Source: Candidatus Bathyarchaeota archaeon
GTDB taxonomy: Archaea > Thermoproteota > Bathyarchaeia > 40CM-2-53-6
NCBI GenBank assembly: GCA_963845275.1
Contig: CAWJRR010000002.1
Span: forward strand, 204,901 to 268,900
Length of the DNA: 64,000 bases
Direction: 5' to 3'
Part shown: positions 43,187-53,559 of the stretch, piece after piece
Layout: each line of letters begins with the position of its first letter
Position numbering within the stretch: the first letter of the stretch is position 1
The notes under the pieces: generated by a model
Seen by the model: only the letters and a program-made list of their open reading frames with translations
The model's database searches: none
Told to the model about the DNA's origin: nothing
Translations under genes and position numbers: made by a program

Positions 43187-44644
43187 TCAGTGACGAGCCC
43201 ACATCTTATGCTCGAGCATACTTACTTTTGGTTTATACTTTGAACTACCCCTAAGCACGGAAGGGGGAATCGCAGCGACATTGACGATTGCAAGCCAGAA
43301 ATATGCTGTGCTGAGTCCTTTCATGAAGAGAAGTTTGTCCGAAGATGATATCGTAATGGGATTCACTGCTGATATTACCTGCGTTATCGTTTGGTAGGGA
43401 ATGACGGCGGTCATCATCAGCACGGCGGCATTCAGGCTGATCACGTAACCAACTTGGAAGAAGGTCGCTCTTAATGCGGACGCGATTCCCCTGCGTCTTT
43501 CAGGCACGGAACTCATCACTGAACTAATGTTCGGAGAAACAAACAGCCCCATGCCTGCTCCAACAAGAAGCATGTGGAGAATAACAATTGATATTTGCGT
43601 TGATATCGTCACCGTAGAGAAAAGATACAACCCAATGCTCGTGAGAGCAAGTCCGGACGTCGTGAATGGTAGATGTCCAAACTTATCAGATAACCTGCCG
43701 CTTAACGGCCCGACAATAAGAAACGCTATGTCGAAAGGTATTATTGCTATTCCAGCCGCGAGAGGACTCATGTCGAGAACGAGCTGAAAGTAAAGGCTGA
43801 GTAGGAGAAGAAAAGCACCCCAAGCTATCGCATTCAGCAACTGAGCAATCACTCCTCCAGTAAATTCCCGAATTCTCAGTAGACTCATGTCAAGCAACGG
43901 ATGTTTTTGCCTCTTCTCGTATACTATGAAAATTGAAAGAGTCACAGCGCTGACGATCAGGAGCGCGTAAACAACAATCTCTTCAGAAAAACCATACGCA
44001 TCGTAAGTGAGCGCGAGGAGAAGACTCGTGATCGAAATCGAGAAGGATGCGAACCCTAGCCAATCCAATGGACTCTTCTTCTCTACTTTGGCTATTTCCT
44101 TCAGCCGGTGATGCGCCCAGAACGTGCCGAAGATTCCTATTGGGATGTTTATGTAGAAAAGTGCTCTCCAATCGAAAAAGGATAATATCAAACCACTGAG
44201 TGTTAATCCAGCCATTGCGCCAAACCTGAAGGCGATCTGATTAATGCCGAGGGACAGTCCAAGGTCCTTTTTTGGAGTTGCGTCAACAATCATCGCTACG
44301 CTGTTTATGAAGAGCATCGCAACTCCAAGCCCTTGTAATCCTCTCCACAAAATGAACTGGTTCGGATCTTGGGAAAGACTCGTTAGAGCTGAACCGATCG
44401 TGAAGATTGTGAAGCCGGTTGTGTAGATTCTTACCCTTCCCATTATGTCGGTAACTCTGCCGATAAGAAGCAAAGCGATGGTACCGGCGAGTACGTAGGA
44501 TTGCGTGAACCAAATGGCCTGCTCTGCGTCCGCATGTAATGCCGCGGCAACTTGTGGGAGACCAATGATAACTATTCGTGAGTCGATACCATCCATCAGC
44601 ACTCCGACGGTGGTTACCGTGAGAACGACCCACTTGTATTTCAT
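43187..44644 (-). CDS. MFS transporter, 14-TMS DHA2/EmrB-like
   Basis: 485 aa with about 14 hydrophobic helices and the MFS loop motif GRVTDIMGRVR. Confidence 0.8.
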   Translation of the reverse strand: MKYKWVVLTVTTVGVLMDGIDSRIVIIGLPQVAAALHADAEQAIWFTQSYVLAGTIALLLIGRVTDIMGRVRIYTTGFTIFTIGSALTSLSQDPNQFILWRGLQGLGVAMLFINSVAMIVDATPKKDLGLSLGINQIAFRFGAMAGLTLSGLILSFFDWRALFYINIPIGIFGTFWAHHRLKEIAKVEKKSPLDWLGFASFSISITSLLLALTYDAYGFSEEIVVYALLIVSAVTLSIFIVYEKRQKHPLLDMSLLRIREFTGGVIAQLLNAIAWGAFLLLLSLYFQLVLDMSPLAAGIAIIPFDIAFLIVGPLSGRLSDKFGHLPFTTSGLALTSIGLYLFSTVTISTQISIVILHMLLVGAGMGLFVSPNISSVMSSVPERRRGIASALRATFFQVGYVISLNAAVLMMTAVIPYQTITQVISAVNPITISSSDKLLFMKGLSTAYFWLAIVNVAAIPPSVLRGSSKYKPKVSMLEHKMWARH

Positions 44645-44994
44645 CCGTCTTCACTGTCTTGTGCACTATGAATTCAGAAGCCGATTTTTCTGGGAATTTT
44701 CTCTGTCTAGGCCTGCAATCTTATTTAATCTGCCTTAGAATTTCCAAAGAGTGTACGATCCCCATCGCCAGGTTGGAGGAATCTAAATTCTTGATCTTTG
44801 CGACTATCAGAAATTGTAATGGTGTTTATACCACTGTAAGATTTGAGCTGTCATGAATCTTACAGATGTCTACAATCAGCTACGTAGCGATCGTTGAGAA
44901 TAGCAACACTCCATTGAATGCAACGGACAGGTATATACTCAAACGGGTATTAGGATCACGCGCGTCGAACCTCGGCATCAGCGTGTAGTGTGAC

Positions 44995-45612
44995 ATGATC
45001 TCCTTCACTGACGTTTCTATTGCAATATGCGTATTTCTCTTCATCACTATCAATCTCGATAATCTTTTGCGTTATCATGCGGGTTTTTCAGGCGAGCAGG
45101 AAAGAATCGAGGTAGCGAAGCCCCTTGCCATTCCGTTGCTGCTAGCAGGAATAGGCACGGGGGCATTCTTCCTTGAATCCTGCCTCCACGTGCTGCTTGA
45201 TTTTTGGAATGATCTGAGTCCGTTCCACGCTTATCTTGGCCTTGGAACGGTACAGTTGGAATTCTTCGGTTTGCTCATCATGATTCTTGGATATGCAATT
45301 TTCATCTGGAGTGTCCTTGCTAGAGGCCGATATGCAACGTCTTGGCAGATGCCGGCGGATCATAAGCTTGTGAACTGGGGGCCTTACCGCTGGGTCAGGC
45401 ATCCGTCATACTTGGGGTACTATCTAATGTTCATAGGTTTCGCTCTACTATGGCATAGTGCTCTCGCCCTTTTTCCCTTAATTGCTATTCCAGGATATGT
45501 TCTCATTGCACGCCGGGAGGAAGAAATGCTAGTGGCAAGGTTCGGAGAGGCGTATGTACATTACCAGAAACGAGTCGGGCGCTTCCTACCAAGAATCACG
45601 CTGAAGTTCTGA
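44995..45612 (+). CDS. ICMT/PEMT-family membrane methyltransferase
   Basis: LVNWGPYRWVRHPSYLG...REEEMLVARFGEAYVHYQKRVGRFLP. Confidence 0.75.
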   Translation: MISFTDVSIAICVFLFITINLDNLLRYHAGFSGEQERIEVAKPLAIPLLLAGIGTGAFFLESCLHVLLDFWNDLSPFHAYLGLGTVQLEFFGLLIMILGYAIFIWSVLARGRYATSWQMPADHKLVNWGPYRWVRHPSYLGYYLMFIGFALLWHSALALFPLIAIPGYVLIARREEEMLVARFGEAYVHYQKRVGRFLPRITLKF

Positions 45613-45799
45613 AGTTACGACGATTAGTGAATCAGTCTTCTTCAGCTTTGGTTCACTTGCCCTCGTCGGCCCTGAATAGCTAATCTTGCCTCAATCAGTT
45701 TGGAGTGTTCAAGCTCTGCCACAGTAGGAAAGCGTTAACTTCACCGTCGCTTTCTGACTTGGTCAAATACGGCGACTTGCCATCATTGAGTGTGAATCA

Positions 45800-46762
45800 T
45801 TGTCTAACGTAATGAGAGGAGCTCTAAGACTTCTGACGGTCTGTGCGGGTGCTACACGTAACGACAGGGTACTGGTGGTTCTGGATACGGCACATGGTTA
45901 CGAGCTGAGCAGAATCATGATGAACGCAGCCAATCAGCTTCATTTGAATCTTGCCGTTGTCATAATGAAACCTAGAGCGTATCCTGGTGAGGAGCCGCCT
46001 TCGTCTATCTTGGAAGCAATGAAGGCGAGCAATGTCGTGATATGTGCAACCAGCATGACCATGTTCTACACCAAAGCCCGCCTAAGTGCTTGTAATGCAG
46101 GAGCCAAATTCCTCTCCATGGCAGGCGCGACACCATCTACGCTGGCATCAGATGCTATGCTTGCAGATTTCAGGAAGCAAGAGAAACTGGTGGAAAGGGT
46201 TGCAAAACGGCTGACGAAAGCATCGCTCGTTCGGATTTCCTCGGATAATGGTACAGATGTTGAATTGAGTGTTGCCGGCAGACATGGTCACGCGATCACT
46301 GGATTGTGTAGGAAGCCGGGCGATGCACAAGGAGTTCCAGATATCGAGGCCTACGTAGCGCCCATCGAGAATTCGCCGCATGGTAGACTCGTTGTGGACG
46401 CAAGCACGTCAGTCACCGGTCTCCTCAAGACACCAATCACAATAGATATCCATCACGGCGAAGCACTCCGATTCCGTGGAGGAAGTCAGGCAAAACGCCT
46501 TGTCGCACTGCTAAAACGCACGAAGAGCAGAAACTCTTTTCGGATAGGTGAGTTCGGCTTCGGATTGAATCCACTGGCCAGATTTAGTGGGTCAATAATA
46601 GAAGATGAGGCCGTTATGGGTACCGCACATATAGCATTAGGCGAGAATCGACAACTCGGCGGACGGAACAAGGCACCGATACATGTTGATCTTGTTCTCA
46701 GGCGACCTCAAGTCGAGCTAGACGGCAAGCTCGTATTGAAAGCAAATCATCTGCTAATGTAA
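45800..46762 (+). CDS. M29-like (aminopeptidase T/AmpS-type) family protein
   Basis: C-terminal GEFGFGLNP...EDEAVMGTAHIALGEN...PIHVDLV pattern. The start is uncertain (TTG at 45800 or ATG at 45812). Confidence 0.55.
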   Translation: MSNVMRGALRLLTVCAGATRNDRVLVVLDTAHGYELSRIMMNAANQLHLNLAVVIMKPRAYPGEEPPSSILEAMKASNVVICATSMTMFYTKARLSACNAGAKFLSMAGATPSTLASDAMLADFRKQEKLVERVAKRLTKASLVRISSDNGTDVELSVAGRHGHAITGLCRKPGDAQGVPDIEAYVAPIENSPHGRLVVDASTSVTGLLKTPITIDIHHGEALRFRGGSQAKRLVALLKRTKSRNSFRIGEFGFGLNPLARFSGSIIEDEAVMGTAHIALGENRQLGGRNKAPIHVDLVLRRPQVELDGKLVLKANHLLM

Positions 46763-46848
46763 CTATTCACTTCACTGAATCGTGATCAAAATTCATCGAA
46801 GTAATCTGTAAATATCCACTGGAGTGAACCCGAACCATCTGATGAAAT

Positions 46849-47058
46849 TTGGATAAACTTATGGTTTCAAGCGGCGCCCTACTTGTATTGGCGGGTTTGA
46901 CGGGTTTGGTTTATGGTGCAGGAATTAATCTGCAAGGAATGATGGCGCGAGGAGCCACGGACTACTCTTTCATAACTGCATACATTACGGAGTGGACACT
47001 GGTCCTGCTTGCGGGCTTAGTGTTTGTAGTGACTGGAGTGCGAAGGAAGCAGCCTTAG
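46849..47058 (+). CDS. Small two-helix membrane protein
   Basis: 69-aa TTG-start ORF with two hydrophobic helices. Confidence 0.3.
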   Translation: MDKLMVSSGALLVLAGLTGLVYGAGINLQGMMARGATDYSFITAYITEWTLVLLAGLVFVVTGVRRKQP

Positions 47059-47215
47059 AGAGTGCGGGCGAGAAATATGGGAACTCGATCGCTATTCTCC
47101 CCACTCTAATTCATGATTAAGTCCTGATGTGAAATTACATAATCACAGAGGCAGATATGCAGGCCGAAGGGGTAAATACGAACGGTGTTAATGGGTCCGC
47201 GGATTGTGAAATTTC

Positions 47216-47668
47216 GTGGACTTAGAAACATACTTGAAGAACGCGGGTGTCTGGTATCGCTTCTTGGAGAAACCTGAAACCGTCCACACTGCAGACGCTT
47301 CGCGTGCTACAGGCATAGAACTGAGTAAGATTACTAAGAATCTGGTTTGCAGGACGTCTGATGGCCGGTTTGCTTTGCTTGTAGTGGCAGGTGATCGGAA
47401 GGTCAATTTACAAAACGCGGCTGAGGTCCTCGGGGCCCGTAACATACAATTGCTGGGATTCGATGAGGCCGAGTCGATTAGTGGTTATCCGCCGGGCGGA
47501 ACTGCCTCGGTCTATCATAAGACGCCATTACAAGTTGTGATTGACAAGGAGCTCTTGACTGGCGAAACGATTTTTTGCGGCGGAGGAGCGAGGAACAGAC
47601 TTCTGGAGCTAAGAATTGCGGACATTCTCAAACTTACTAATGCTCTGACTGGATCAATTTCTCAGTAA
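47216..47668 (+). CDS. YbaK/ProX-type aminoacyl-tRNA trans-editing deacylase domain protein
   Basis: KNLVCRTSDGRFALLVVAGDRKVNL..., GYPPGGTASV, IFCGGGARNRLLEL. Confidence 0.7.
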   Translation: MDLETYLKNAGVWYRFLEKPETVHTADASRATGIELSKITKNLVCRTSDGRFALLVVAGDRKVNLQNAAEVLGARNIQLLGFDEAESISGYPPGGTASVYHKTPLQVVIDKELLTGETIFCGGGARNRLLELRIADILKLTNALTGSISQ

Positions 47669-48511
47669 TCTTAGGTTAGGCGTGGTCGGTTTGTGACGCA
47701 CTTTGAAGAGTAACCGAGTTGAGACTACCAGGCCTATAGCACTGCCGAGAGAGCCAGGCCATAGGGCTGCAGTGTTTGTAGCGTTACTGAGTATCTGTGA
47801 CTCTCCGAAAGCTACTAGGGATGAGAAAGAGATCAGTGTACCTCGCTACAGAGTTAATTGCTCCTGCTAAGGTGCCTTCCATGAAAATGCCCCGTAAGCC
47901 GAAGATGTCCGTCATCGATAATTAGTTCCGACAGACCGAACTAATACCGCCTTATGAGTTCGACGTTCATCCACTAAACTGGCATTACGTCATTGATTTC
48001 TTCATGTAAGGATCGAGGGAACAGCATGCCCCGACAATGATTCCTCCGAATACACGATCTCCGCGCCGATTATAATCCTCATTTCGCGTGATTAGATTCG
48101 ACTAAGAGGTAAACTCATTGACTTCACTTGATGAGGTTCCACTAAAGCAGATATGCAAACGTTGCTCGTTCGAAACAAACAGTGAGGAAATCTTTACCGC
48201 ACATAAGAGAAACTGCCCGAGAATTTAGACTCAAGCATCATGCATGGGCCTCAGAGTAACACTCGTAGATGGTGTAGCAATGAGAAGTAGTCGCCTGTTA
48301 CGACGTAGAGGACTGCGACTGCAAACGGAATGAGCCGCTGGGTATTCTGACGTTTCATAGATAGCACAGTAATGTACCACAGTATAGTTCCACGTTTCCA
48401 CACATATAAGCGTACTCTAGAATCTCAACATATGTCAACGCGCTGCATGCAATCCGAGGACGGTATTTGCCTCGAGGTCGGATGCAAATATGTGTCTGCG
48501 CGTCAATCCTG

Positions 48512-49780
48512 TTAGACTGATGACTTGTCCTGAAGCGCACCACAATTAGGACAGAATCTTGAACCAATAGGTACGTGACCTCCACATTGCACGCACTTCA
48601 TAGTCTGATCTCTGGGGAGTCCAACGTGTGGAGCTGTGCGGGTAGCTGTACTAGTTTGGCGGGTAGCGCCTAGCTCTTGTCTGGTTTGAATAGTTCTCAT
48701 AAGATCGCCTCTTGTTACTATTCCAACTAGCACGCCTTCTTCGACCACTAAGAGCCTCCCCACCCTATCTCTCGCCATCCTGTGCATGGCATCAAGCGCG
48801 CTGAGAGCCGATTTAACGCAAATCATTGCTTCTCCATGAATTAACGCCTGCTCGACCTTTGTTGACGATCTCATGTCTTTAGGAATCGCTCTCACCGACT
48901 GAAGTGTTACAACCCCCAAGATCTTCCCATCTCGAACAACAGGGTAACCCCCGTGTCTATTCACAAGAAAATAATCTGAAATAAGTTGGTCAATTGTAAT
49001 GTCAGGAGATATTGTGTAAACGTTTCTTGTCATGATATCGCCCACTGTGACCCCGCTTAACGTTTCACCAACGAGTGTTTGACGAAGACTTGTCTCAGCG
49101 CCTGATTTGATGAACCAGCCCAAGACTACTATCCATATCCCATCTACGAAATCGCTAACAATAATTAGAATAAACCCACCGAACATCATCAATAGTGAAA
49201 TTATTTCACTGATCCTCGTGGCTGTCTTCGTGGCTCCGATCAAGTTTCCTGATCTTCTCCAAAGGCTTCCTCGAAAAACTCGTCCCCCGTCTAATGGAAA
49301 AGCTGGGACCAAGTTGAATGCTCCTAATACCGCGTTGATTAGCGCGCTATAACCAAGGATCGCTGTGATTGGAACGGATGCCCTTGTCACCAGGGACACA
49401 TACCACGCTCCACCCAGGATTCCTGCTATCAGAAAACTCATAAGCGGGCCAGCTGCCGCCATCTTGACCTCTAACCCAGGATCCTGAGGTTCTTCGGTCA
49501 TCTCAGAAACTCCCCCAAAGAAGAACAACGTGATCCTTGCGATAGGGAGCCCGTGCTTCTTCGCCACGTAAGAGTGAGATAGTTCGTGAATCAAAACCGA
49601 TGCAAAGAGAATAATCGCAGATGCGATTCCAATCCCCCAATACGTTAACGTACTCAACCCCGGATACTGGTGCGGCATGTAACCATACGCGAGCGACCAA
49701 GCAATTAGAATGAAAACTAACCATAGAGTGTAGTGGATTCTAACCGGTATGCCCATAATCTTTCCGAGTTTCACCGACAA
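48512..49780 (-). CDS. Site-2 protease (M50) with CBS pair and C-terminal zinc ribbon
   Basis: HELSHSYVAKKHG (HExxH), NLVPAFPLDGGR, two CBS-like repeats, CVQCGG...CPNCG. Confidence 0.85.
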   Translation of the reverse strand: MSVKLGKIMGIPVRIHYTLWLVFILIAWSLAYGYMPHQYPGLSTLTYWGIGIASAIILFASVLIHELSHSYVAKKHGLPIARITLFFFGGVSEMTEEPQDPGLEVKMAAAGPLMSFLIAGILGGAWYVSLVTRASVPITAILGYSALINAVLGAFNLVPAFPLDGGRVFRGSLWRRSGNLIGATKTATRISEIISLLMMFGGFILIIVSDFVDGIWIVVLGWFIKSGAETSLRQTLVGETLSGVTVGDIMTRNVYTISPDITIDQLISDYFLVNRHGGYPVVRDGKILGVVTLQSVRAIPKDMRSSTKVEQALIHGEAMICVKSALSALDAMHRMARDRVGRLLVVEEGVLVGIVTRGDLMRTIQTRQELGATRQTSTATRTAPHVGLPRDQTMKCVQCGGHVPIGSRFCPNCGALQDKSSV

Positions 49781-49910
49781 TTTCCAAGAGGCCTATTGGA
49801 AGAACACTCGCAACATCTACTTCAAAAGCATGCCCCTCAGCGACGATCCTGTTTCATTCGTAGCGAAAGCTATTCTTCTCATGATGTAGACGGACACGAC
49901 CTGTTTATCT

Positions 49911-51014
49911 GTGGGATTATCCTCGTTAATGGTCGATGTCAAAATGAAGCTCTTCACCGTGGGTCCAGTTGCTTGTTATCCTGAAGTGCTTGAGGCAATG
50001 GGTCATCAAATGTATAGTCACCGAAGCAAGGAATACTTCGCATTGCATTACGAAACAGTCCGAATGTTACAGGATTTCATTTCGACAAGGAACGAGGTCT
50101 TTCTCTTCTCTAGTACGGGAACGGGATTCATGGAGGCCTCGGTGAGGAACTGCGTCAGAAAAAAGATTCTCTGCTGTATAAACGGAAGTTTCGGAGAACG
50201 ATTCGCTGAAGTTGCTGAGGCTAACGGCCTAAGCGTTGTGAAGTTGGCGCCTCCTCTTGGTGAGCCGATATCAGCGTTAGATCTAGATGAGATGTTATCT
50301 GCGAATCCAGATGTCGAGGCGGTGGCGTTAACGCATAATGAAACGAGCGTGGGGCTCATCAATCCATTAAAAGAGCTCGTTGCATCCGTCAAGAAGCACG
50401 ATAAACTCGTCTTTGTAGACGCCGTCAGCTCAATGGGTGGTACGGAGATCAAAGTGGACGAGTTAGGTATCGATGTTTGTTTCTCGAGTTCACAAAAGTG
50501 TTTCGGAGTTCCTCCTGGATTAGGAATCGGTAGCGTAAGTGAGGAAGCCATGAACTTGTCTGCGACGGCCTCGAACAAGGGATGGTATTTTGATTTCAAG
50601 GTGTGGGAGGAAGATCAGAAGAAGGGTCGAGGTACGCCGGTTACGCCCGCGATTCCGCAAATCGCTGGGCTAAACACGGCCCTTAAAATGATTGAGAGGA
50701 ACGGAGGCAGGAAATGGTACTTCGACTTATACAAGGAACGAAACCAGAAGATAAGACGTGGCATAGAGAAACATGGGCTATCAACATTCCCTAGAAAAGG
50801 TAGCGAAAGTCCCACCGTGAATTGCATCAACTCTCCTGAGGGTGTTGAAGGCGGTGCTATTTACGAGAAGATGCGTGAGAGAGAGTTCGAATTAGCTGAA
50901 GGTTACGGGCCGCTGAAGAAGAAGACTTTCAGAATCGGGAACATGGGATACATTGAGATGGGGGATATTGATCTCATGCTGGATACGCTCGGAAAAGTCA
51001 CCTCATCTTTGTGA
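49911..51014 (+). CDS. Class V aminotransferase (serine-pyruvate / alanine-glyoxylate type)
   Basis: FTVGPV...MGHQMYSHRSKEY, THNETSVG, FVDAVSSMGG, SSQKCFG (PLP Lys). The likely true start is the ATG at 49944. Confidence 0.8.
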   Translation: MGLSSLMVDVKMKLFTVGPVACYPEVLEAMGHQMYSHRSKEYFALHYETVRMLQDFISTRNEVFLFSSTGTGFMEASVRNCVRKKILCCINGSFGERFAEVAEANGLSVVKLAPPLGEPISALDLDEMLSANPDVEAVALTHNETSVGLINPLKELVASVKKHDKLVFVDAVSSMGGTEIKVDELGIDVCFSSSQKCFGVPPGLGIGSVSEEAMNLSATASNKGWYFDFKVWEEDQKKGRGTPVTPAIPQIAGLNTALKMIERNGGRKWYFDLYKERNQKIRRGIEKHGLSTFPRKGSESPTVNCINSPEGVEGGAIYEKMREREFELAEGYGPLKKKTFRIGNMGYIEMGDIDLMLDTLGKVTSSL

Positions 51015-51111
51015 GGTAGACTACAGATCGTTAGAATTCCGATCCTCCTGAAAGATTAATGTAGATCGAGCAGGACTAAGCTTCGCCTTCCAAAAGATAA
51101 GGTGCCATAGC

Positions 51112-51888
51112 TTGGCGATAAAGAACGGCGATTTCGTCCTCATTGACTACACGCTGAAAGTGAAAGAGACTGGTGAGATTGTTGGCACGACCTACGAGAA
51201 GGTTGCCAAGGAGAGTAAACTGTATCGAGGAGAAGAACATTACGAACCCTACTTCGTGATTATAGGAGAGGGTTGGGTTCCCAAAGGCTTGGATGAAGCC
51301 CTAACAACTTTGGATACAGGAAAGTCAAGTACCATTGAACTTCCTCCCGAAAAGGCGTACGGAGCCCGAGACCCCAAAAAGGTCCGACTTGTCCCTCTTA
51401 GAAAATTCACAGCCGATGGAGTTTCGCCAACACCCGGACTCCAACTTAACATAGATGGGAAACCTGCACAGATTCGAGCTGTCGGAGCAGGTCGAGTTCA
51501 AGTCGATTACAATCACCCATTCGCTGGCAGGACACTAATCTACGACGTAACGGTCCAGAAGATTATTGATGTCGATGAAGAGAAGATTAGAAGCTTGCTC
51601 CACAAGAGACTTTCAACAGTAAGTCCAGACAAGTTCCGAGTGTCGATTGATAACGGCAAACTGGGAGTTGAGATTCCGGAAGAGGCATTTTTCTTGGAAG
51701 GATTACAAGTGGAAAAGAGAACATTAACAGCCGATATAGCAAAGTATCTGCCGAAGCTCGAAACGATTTCCTTCATTGAAATCTTCAAGAAACCAGCAAC
51801 CATAGCTCCTGCTGAAGCTAAACGAGAGGCTGAGGCTGAAGTGCAGCCGCCTGCAGCAGCGGCAACACCTGCGGCGCCGTCTCCTTAG
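51112..51888 (+). CDS. Long-type archaeal FKBP peptidyl-prolyl isomerase
   Basis: GDFVLIDYTLKVKETGEIVGTT, GLDEAL, VDYNHPFAGRTLIYDVTV, plus a C-terminal extension and an Ala/Pro-rich tail. TTG start. Confidence 0.8.
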   Translation: MAIKNGDFVLIDYTLKVKETGEIVGTTYEKVAKESKLYRGEEHYEPYFVIIGEGWVPKGLDEALTTLDTGKSSTIELPPEKAYGARDPKKVRLVPLRKFTADGVSPTPGLQLNIDGKPAQIRAVGAGRVQVDYNHPFAGRTLIYDVTVQKIIDVDEEKIRSLLHKRLSTVSPDKFRVSIDNGKLGVEIPEEAFFLEGLQVEKRTLTADIAKYLPKLETISFIEIFKKPATIAPAEAKREAEAEVQPPAAAATPAAPSP

Positions 51889-51976
51889 CGGATAAGGCTA
51901 AACAGCATACAGAACAGACGGATCTGACGGCTGGTGGTGCCGGTCATCGTCGCTTCTCAGCCGCCTGGTCAACTTG

Positions 51977-52168
51977 TTACCTGATCCGCCGAAATCTATT
52001 CATCGTGTGAGTCTGCCAAGCGTAGCTTCGTAACTTCTTAGTGGCACCGAAACCGCAAGCTGAGCATCGCTTCCACCTTATGTGGTAGGAATGCCGACCG
52101 CACCTTCGACATCGGATGTGTGTCTTAGAACGCCCTCGCCGACCAAATGAGGCAGTGCCTTTCGTCAC
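51977..52168 (-). CDS. rpl37e: 50S ribosomal protein L37e
   Basis: MTKGTASFGRRGRSKTHIRCRRCGRHSYH...CSACGFG. Confidence 0.92.
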   Translation of the reverse strand: MTKGTASFGRRGRSKTHIRCRRCGRHSYHIRWKRCSACGFGATKKLRSYAWQTHTMNRFRRIR

Positions 52169-52190
52169 ATGCCATCAACCCAGTTTCAGT

Positions 52191-52421
52191 TTACCTCTTG
52201 GGAGGAGGCGACACAAGGACGACGTTATCGCCTCTGACAATTATGGTACCAATATTCTTCGCGTTCTCTGGGTTCGATACGTCTTCCGCGTCTTCAAGTA
52301 CCAAGTTCATGTGCTGATCATAGCTGTACAGCTTTCCTCTAATCGTACGACTACCCTTCAGTTCCACGAGAACTGTTTTGCTTAGGCTCTCTTGGAAGAT
52401 CTTGTCAGCAACTGCAGACAT
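52191..52421 (-). CDS. Sm-like (LSm/SmAP) RNA-binding protein
   Basis: Sm1/Sm2 motifs VLVELKGSRTIRGKLYSYDQHMNLVLEDAE...IIVRGDNVVLVS. The conserved LSm-L37e gene pair is present. Confidence 0.9.
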   Translation of the reverse strand: MSAVADKIFQESLSKTVLVELKGSRTIRGKLYSYDQHMNLVLEDAEDVSNPENAKNIGTIIVRGDNVVLVSPPPKR

Positions 52422-52551
52422 TGTTCTTTCTGACCTAACTGCGAAATTGTGACGGTTAATGGAACGCTCTAAATTAAAGCTTAGGATAGCGTTGTCATCG
52501 TCTTAAGAATGACGTTATCAGTCAGATAGCAAATGACTGTAGCGTTACGGT

Positions 52552-53046
52552 ATGCGGCACCTTAAGGATCGAGAATCAAAACAAGTAATCAAGGAATTCC
52601 TGAATCAGTTTCCATCATCAACGGAAAGCCTTGATTCTGTGAAACATCTTGAGGAAGAGATGGTCGAAGATAGTTTAGTCTTCTTTGCTGATGGTAAGCC
52701 TTGGATAGTTCGTGTTCAGGGCCGATTGCTTCCATCACTCAAATATGATGCGGTACTAGTCACGCTGCCTAAGATAGTGGTTGATATGGGAGCCGTCCCC
52801 CACGTCGCAAACGGTGCTCATATTATGCGTCCGGGAATTCGCCATATAGAAGGACAATTCGACAAAGACGATTTGGTCGTTATATATGACGAAAAGTATG
52901 GAAAAATCATCGCATTAGGCATAGCAGAACAGGACGCTAAATCCATGCGTTCCATGACCAAAGGTCGCGTTATAGCCAACATACACTACGTCGGCGACCC
53001 CCTTTGGAAATCGTTCACTGCCTCTAACAGGCTCAAAATGGAGTAA
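52552..53046 (+). CDS. PUA-domain RNA-binding protein (pre-PUA + PUA)
   Basis: VVDMGAVPHVANGAHIMRPGI...DLVVIYDEKYGKIIALGIA. Confidence 0.65.
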   Translation: MRHLKDRESKQVIKEFLNQFPSSTESLDSVKHLEEEMVEDSLVFFADGKPWIVRVQGRLLPSLKYDAVLVTLPKIVVDMGAVPHVANGAHIMRPGIRHIEGQFDKDDLVVIYDEKYGKIIALGIAEQDAKSMRSMTKGRVIANIHYVGDPLWKSFTASNRLKME

Positions 53047-53179
53047 TCTTAACGCGTAGGTGACAAACTGCACAAAGTTCCAGTCGAAATACCTGCTGAG
53101 TCTTTACACAACCATGTCACGAACCTATCGTTCCCTCGCAAACGTTTAAACTCCCAAAACCTGAGGCTCTTCAGTTAGA

Positions 53180-53554
53180 GTGACAAGGATGATAAGTTCG
53201 CACGATGCAGATTCAGAGAGATTTCCGCTGGTCAATCCATCCATTCAACATCCGATCTATGTGAAAGCGTATCCTCTGCGTGATCCAACTGATGTCCCTA
53301 GAATAAAGGCCGAGATTATCGAAGGTAACATACTCATCGTCAAAATCACTCCGATTGCAAAACGAAGTGTTGAAGAGACCAAATCTGCGATTAGCGAACT
53401 TGTCGAGTTCGTAAAATCAATACAAGGCGATATCGCTCGCCTTGGAGAGGAAAGGATAGTTATGACTCCGCCAACAGTTAAAGTCTGGCGCAGTAGGGGT
53501 TCGAGGCTTACTGTAACTGCTGGCGGTGCAGGGGCGGACGAGGAGACAGAATAA
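53180..53554 (+). CDS. sepF: SepF-like (DUF552) cell-division protein
   Basis: IYVKAYPLRDPTDVPRIKAEIIEGNILIVKITPIAKRS...QGDIARLGEERIVMTP. Confidence 0.55.
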   Translation: MTRMISSHDADSERFPLVNPSIQHPIYVKAYPLRDPTDVPRIKAEIIEGNILIVKITPIAKRSVEETKSAISELVEFVKSIQGDIARLGEERIVMTPPTVKVWRSRGSRLTVTAGGAGADEETE

Positions 53555-53559
53555 GAGCG

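Noticed and set aside
48355-48585. 76-aa minus ORF downstream of and overlapping the S2P gene end
   Set aside because: It has no motif and overlaps the zinc-ribbon C-terminus of the M50 protease ORF.
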